Part shown: piece by piece, positions 60,751-64,000 of the stretch
Layout of the letters: the number at the start of each line of letters is the position of its first letter
Position numbering within the stretch: the first letter of the stretch is position 1
Source of the DNA: Actinomycetes bacterium
GTDB taxonomy: Bacteria > Actinomycetota > Actinomycetes > S36-B12 > UBA5976
Reading direction: 5' to 3'
DNA: 64,000 nt
Assembly: GCA_021824095.1 (NCBI GenBank)
Contig: JAKALQ010000001.1
Coordinates: forward strand, 2,131-66,130
Made by a program: the position numbers and the translations under genes
The notes under the pieces: model-generated
Database searches by the model: none
Told to the model about the DNA's origin: nothing
What the model saw: the letters and a program-made list of their open reading frames with translations, nothing else

Positions 60751-63300
60751 GTGCCGGGGTCGTATGAGCGCGCGCTTCGGGCCGGGGTCGAGGACACCGA
60801 CTGGCAGGAGCTCTTCGCCGACAATGCGTCCGACGTCCTCTTCCAGATCGATCGGGCCGGGCACGTCATCTGGATCGCCCGCAATGTGGAGGGCGTGCTC
60901 GGGGTGAGCGCGGGCGACCTCGTCGGCGCCGACCTGCTCGAGTTCGTCCACCCTGACGACCGCGACCTGATCCGCGACAAGCGCGCCATCCTCATGGCCG
61001 GCAGCCCCATCGATGTCACCGCCATGCGCGTGCGCCGGGCCAGTGGCGCGTACCAGACCTTCGCGGTGCATGCGCGACCGCTCTTCGAGGCCACCGGCGA
61101 GGTGAACGGCGCCTTCATCGTGTGGCGCGACGTGGCAGAGCAGGTGGCCATGATGCGGGCGTTCACCACGCTCGTCGAGGGCAACCGGGCGATGATGCGC
61201 ACGACGTCGGAGCAGGACCTCATCACCCGCATGTGCGACGTCGTCATCCATGTCGGCCACTACGCCTTCGCCTGGTACGGCACGCCGCAGGATGATGCCG
61301 AGCAGACGGTCACCATCGCCGCGCGTGCGGGTGAGCACCACGGCTACCTCGACACTCTCCATGTCTCCTGGGGCGATAACGACCTCGGGCGTGGCCCCAC
61401 CGGCCTCGCCCTCCGCACCGGCGAGACCCAGGTGCGCAACGACATGGCAGCCGACCCACACTTCGCCCCCTGGCGGGCCCAGGCCGAGCACGTGGGCATC
61501 CACTGCTCCATCAGCCTGCCGGTGCACGTCGAGGGGCGCATCCATGGGGCCCTCATGGTGTACGCGGCAGAGGTCGGGAGCTTCGACGACCGTGCCCAGG
61601 AGCTGCTCGAGAGCCTCGCCGCCGACCTCGGGCAGGCCCTTGAGCGCCTGCGTGCGGCGGAGGCGCTCGCCCTGTCGGAGGCCCGCTTCCGCATGCTCGC
61701 CGAGAACGCCATGGACCTCGTGGCCGAGTTGCACACGGACGACACCATCGCCTGGGTGTCGCCCTCGGTGTCGACGGTGCTCGGCTTCACCAGCGAGGAC
61801 CTCATCGGACGCTCGGTGCGCGACCTCTTCGTGCCGGGCACGCTGCAGGGCCCCAGTTCCCGTGAGAGTCGACTCGAGGAGGACCGCACCGTGCGGGCCC
61901 GTGTCCGCACGCGTGATGGCGCCGGACGCTGGATGGAGGTGACGCTGCGGCGCCTCGCGGATGCCGGGGGCCACTTCATCGGCCGCGTCGCCTCGGCCCG
62001 TGACATTGAGCAGCAGGTGGCGGCGGAGGCCGCGCTCGAGCACGAGCTCGACTTCGACTCGCTCACCGGCCTGGCCAAGCAGCACCTCACCCTCGCACGC
62101 ATCCAGGAGATCCTCGAAAGCCGCCGCGTGGGCGACTGGGCGCTGCTGTGCGTCGGCGTCGACGGCATGACCGCCATCAACCAGGCCTACACGTACGCTG
62201 CCGGCGACGAGGTGCTGCGCGAGGTGGCCACCCGGCTCGTGCAGGCGGCAGGGGCGCATGATCGCGTCGGGCGCATCGCGGGCGACGAGTTCGTCGTGCT
62301 GCTGCGCGACGTCGTCACACCCGCGGATGCCGCTGAGGCAGCCGAGCGCATCCTCGGTGCCGCCCGCGGCCCCGTGCAGTGGGATGACGCCCGCCTCGAG
62401 GTCACGGTGTCCGTCGGCATCGCCATGCGCGACGGCTCCGACGCATCCGCCCTGCTGCGCGACGCCACTGCCGCCATGCGCAATGCCTCGCGCCAGGGCA
62501 GGGATCGTTGGGGCTTCCTCGACGAGAACGTGGCCGCCAGCAGCCGTCGCGTGCTCGAGGTGCAGTCTGCGCTGCGCGACGCCCTGCGCCGTGGTGCCGT
62601 GCAGCCCTGGTTCATGCCCGTCCACGACCTCGCCACCGGGCAGCTCGTCGGCTACGAGGCCCTGGCGCGCTGGATCGCCCCCGACGGCACGGTGACCACA
62701 CCCGATGAGTTCCTGCGCATCGCGGAGCGCAGCAGCCTCGTCGTCGAACTCGACCGCAAGGTGCTGCAGCAGTCGCTCGCAGTGCTGCGCCGCATCGACC
62801 CGTCGCTCCACATCGCCGTGAACCTGTCGGCCGCCACGATGCGCGTTGTCGAGGTCGACGCCTTCGTGCGCTCGGAGTTGACGGCCGCGGGCGTCGATCC
62901 GCACCGCCTGCACCTCGAGGTCACCGAGACCGAGCTGTTCGACGCCAACGACCGCACGCTGCACCAGATGCGCTCGCTTGCGCGCAGCGGCATCGCCTGG
63001 TGGGTCGACGACTTCGGCACCGGATACTCGTCCATCAGCCACCTGCGCGACCTGCCGATCGCCGGCGTGAAGCTCGACCGCTCGTTCACGGCGCTCGTCA
63101 CCGATCCGTCCGGCCGTCAGGCCTCGCTCACGCAGGGACTGGCGGGCCTGGCGACGGGCCTCGGTCTCGACACCATCGCCGAGGGGGTCGAAACGGAGGA
63201 GCAGGCGAGCATCCTGCAGGCACAGGGCTGGCGGCTGGGCCAGGGTTGGCACTTCGGGCGCCCGGCTCCGATCGACGGCACTGTCGGGGGCCCGCGCTAG
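60751..63300 (+). CDS. PAS-GAF-PAS-GGDEF-EAL c-di-GMP signalling protein
   Basis: GTG 60751 has a GGGAGG RBS 6 nt upstream; in-frame GTG 60664 is the alternative. The diguanylate cyclase motif is AGDEF (62278..62292) rather than GGDEF. The EAL domain has YEALARW, DDFGTGYSS and EGVET blocks. Confidence 0.85.
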   Translation: MPGSYERALRAGVEDTDWQELFADNASDVLFQIDRAGHVIWIARNVEGVLGVSAGDLVGADLLEFVHPDDRDLIRDKRAILMAGSPIDVTAMRVRRASGAYQTFAVHARPLFEATGEVNGAFIVWRDVAEQVAMMRAFTTLVEGNRAMMRTTSEQDLITRMCDVVIHVGHYAFAWYGTPQDDAEQTVTIAARAGEHHGYLDTLHVSWGDNDLGRGPTGLALRTGETQVRNDMAADPHFAPWRAQAEHVGIHCSISLPVHVEGRIHGALMVYAAEVGSFDDRAQELLESLAADLGQALERLRAAEALALSEARFRMLAENAMDLVAELHTDDTIAWVSPSVSTVLGFTSEDLIGRSVRDLFVPGTLQGPSSRESRLEEDRTVRARVRTRDGAGRWMEVTLRRLADAGGHFIGRVASARDIEQQVAAEAALEHELDFDSLTGLAKQHLTLARIQEILESRRVGDWALLCVGVDGMTAINQAYTYAAGDEVLREVATRLVQAAGAHDRVGRIAGDEFVVLLRDVVTPADAAEAAERILGAARGPVQWDDARLEVTVSVGIAMRDGSDASALLRDATAAMRNASRQGRDRWGFLDENVAASSRRVLEVQSALRDALRRGAVQPWFMPVHDLATGQLVGYEALARWIAPDGTVTTPDEFLRIAERSSLVVELDRKVLQQSLAVLRRIDPSLHIAVNLSAATMRVVEVDAFVRSELTAAGVDPHRLHLEVTETELFDANDRTLHQMRSLARSGIAWWVDDFGTGYSSISHLRDLPIAGVKLDRSFTALVTDPSGRQASLTQGLAGLATGLGLDTIAEGVETEEQASILQAQGWRLGQGWHFGRPAPIDGTVGGPR

Positions 63301-63309
63301 CGTGCCGCC

Positions 63310-64000
63310 ATGGCACGAACGACGAGCACCTTCCGCTGCGCCGAGTGCGGCTGGCAGACCACCAAGTGGGTGGGCCGTTGTGGCGAGTGCCAGGCGTGGG
63401 GCACCGTCGAGGAGGTCGGGGCGGTCAAGCCCCGCACCGTGGCGGTGGCACCCATCGGCACCCCGGCCGTCCCCATCGGCGCCATCGACGTCGACACCGC
63501 GCGTGCCCGCAGCACCGGCATCGGCGAGCTCGACCGCGTCCTCGGCGGCGGCATCGTGCCCGGCGCCGTCGTGCTGCTCGCGGGCGAGCCGGGCATCGGC
63601 AAGTCCACACTGCTCGTCGAGGTGGCCGCGAAGGCGGCGGCCACGCACGGCCGCGCGCTGTACGTCACGGCGGAGGAGTCTGCGGCGCAGGTGCACCTGC
63701 GGGCGCGACGCGTCGGCGCCATCGTCGACGAGCTGCTGCTCGTGGCCGAGACCGACCTCGGCACCATCCTCGGGCACATCGAGCAGACACAGCCGGGGGT
63801 GCTCATCCTCGACTCCGTGCAGACGGTGGCCTCCGGGGAGCTCGATGCGCAACCTGGGTCCGTCACGCAGATCCGCGAGGTGGCGGCGTCCATCATCCGC
63901 GTTGCCAAGGCCCGCGGCATGGCCACCGTGCTCGTGGGCCATGTGACGAAGGACGGCTCCATCGCCGGGCCCCGCGTGCTCGAGCACCTCGTCGACGTGG
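63310..64000 (+). CDS. radA: DNA repair protein RadA/Sms (5' part, continues beyond the window)
   Basis: My own translation from ATG 63310 gives MARTTSTFRCAECGWQTTKWVGRCGECQAWGTV.. (CxxC-x10-CxxC zinc finger), then Walker A GEPGIGKST and a RecA-like core (LILDSVQT, VGHVTKDG). It is absent from the ORF track because no stop codon lies in the window. Confidence 0.9.
   Translation, partial: MARTTSTFRCAECGWQTTKWVGRCGECQAWGTVEEVGAVKPRTVAVAPIGTPAVPIGAIDVDTARARSTGIGELDRVLGGGIVPGAVVLLAGEPGIGKSTLLVEVAAKAAATHGRALYVTAEESAAQVHLRARRVGAIVDELLLVAETDLGTILGHIEQTQPGVLILDSVQTVASGELDAQPGSVTQIREVAASIIRVAKARGMATVLVGHVTKDGSIAGPRVLEHLVDV

Noticed and set aside
60646-63987. 1113-aa minus-strand ORF, the longest in the track
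   Set aside because: It is antisense to the PAS-GAF-PAS-GGDEF-EAL gene and to radA, both of which carry clear family signatures on the plus strand. The product is dominated by R/G/H/D/A and has no recognisable domain.
1-64000. Scan for tRNA, rRNA, CRISPR arrays, IS elements/transposases, integrases, toxin-antitoxin pairs and restriction-modification genes
   Set aside because: I found no cloverleaf-like or rRNA-like segment, no repeat-spacer array, and no transposase, integrase or recombinase motifs. The one NPPF methyltransferase has no adjacent nuclease or specificity gene. This is an eye scan only; tRNAscan-SE or Infernal and ISfinder-type searches would be the decisive check.

Overview
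The window looks like a very GC-rich chromosomal segment of an Actinomycetota genome; GC content was not computed and the phylum call rests on codon style and gene content. It is densely coding. I found no rRNA, tRNA, CRISPR array, transposase or integrase. Most long ORFs in the supplied track are antisense or out-of-frame shadows of real genes, which is typical at this GC content. I called genes from recognisable family motifs, RBS placement and start/stop coupling.

Housekeeping blocks:
- topA, a hairpin, tmk, holB, a secreted alpha/beta hydrolase and a TrmH-like methyltransferase (44.5-51.4 kb, minus strand).
- A methyltransferase and hppA (51.6-55.1 kb).
- proC, a glutaredoxin-like gene, an MFS gene, ppx and a Cys-rich conserved protein (55.3-59.7 kb).
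- cysK-cysE and sdaA.
- The 5' part of radA at the right edge. radA is missing from the ORF track because it has no stop codon inside the window.

Accessory content:
1. A roughly 16 kb, 15-gene, tightly translationally coupled minus-strand operon (4.3-20.6 kb) under a divergent SorC regulator. It combines an RbsBAC-like ABC importer, GlpK-like and GlpD-like enzymes, a class II aldolase, an AraM-like Fe-ADH, a second FGGY kinase, an AraL-like HAD phosphatase and an MtaA/URO-D-like Zn protein. It also carries an AcoA/PdhA-type TPP E1 alpha/beta pair and an E2 split into a free 80-aa lipoyl carrier and a free catalytic core, plus a dedicated LplA-like ligase. This is my best candidate for an undescribed system: lipoyl-dependent cleavage built into a polyol/ketose pathway.
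2. An 860-aa ORF that fuses a signal peptide, an alpha/beta-hydrolase ectodomain, a TM helix and an ABC ATPase, coupled to an ABC-2 permease (0.16-3.6 kb).
3. A second SorC/GlpD module with phased TTGCACAC repeats.
4. A GntR-flanked cluster of alpha-hydroxy-acid dehydrogenase, formamidase, SatP and SDR genes.
5. A sigma4-HTH/ZAS/TM protein next to a PAS-GAF-PAS-GGDEF-EAL protein.

All functional calls come from motif recognition by eye. No database search was run.
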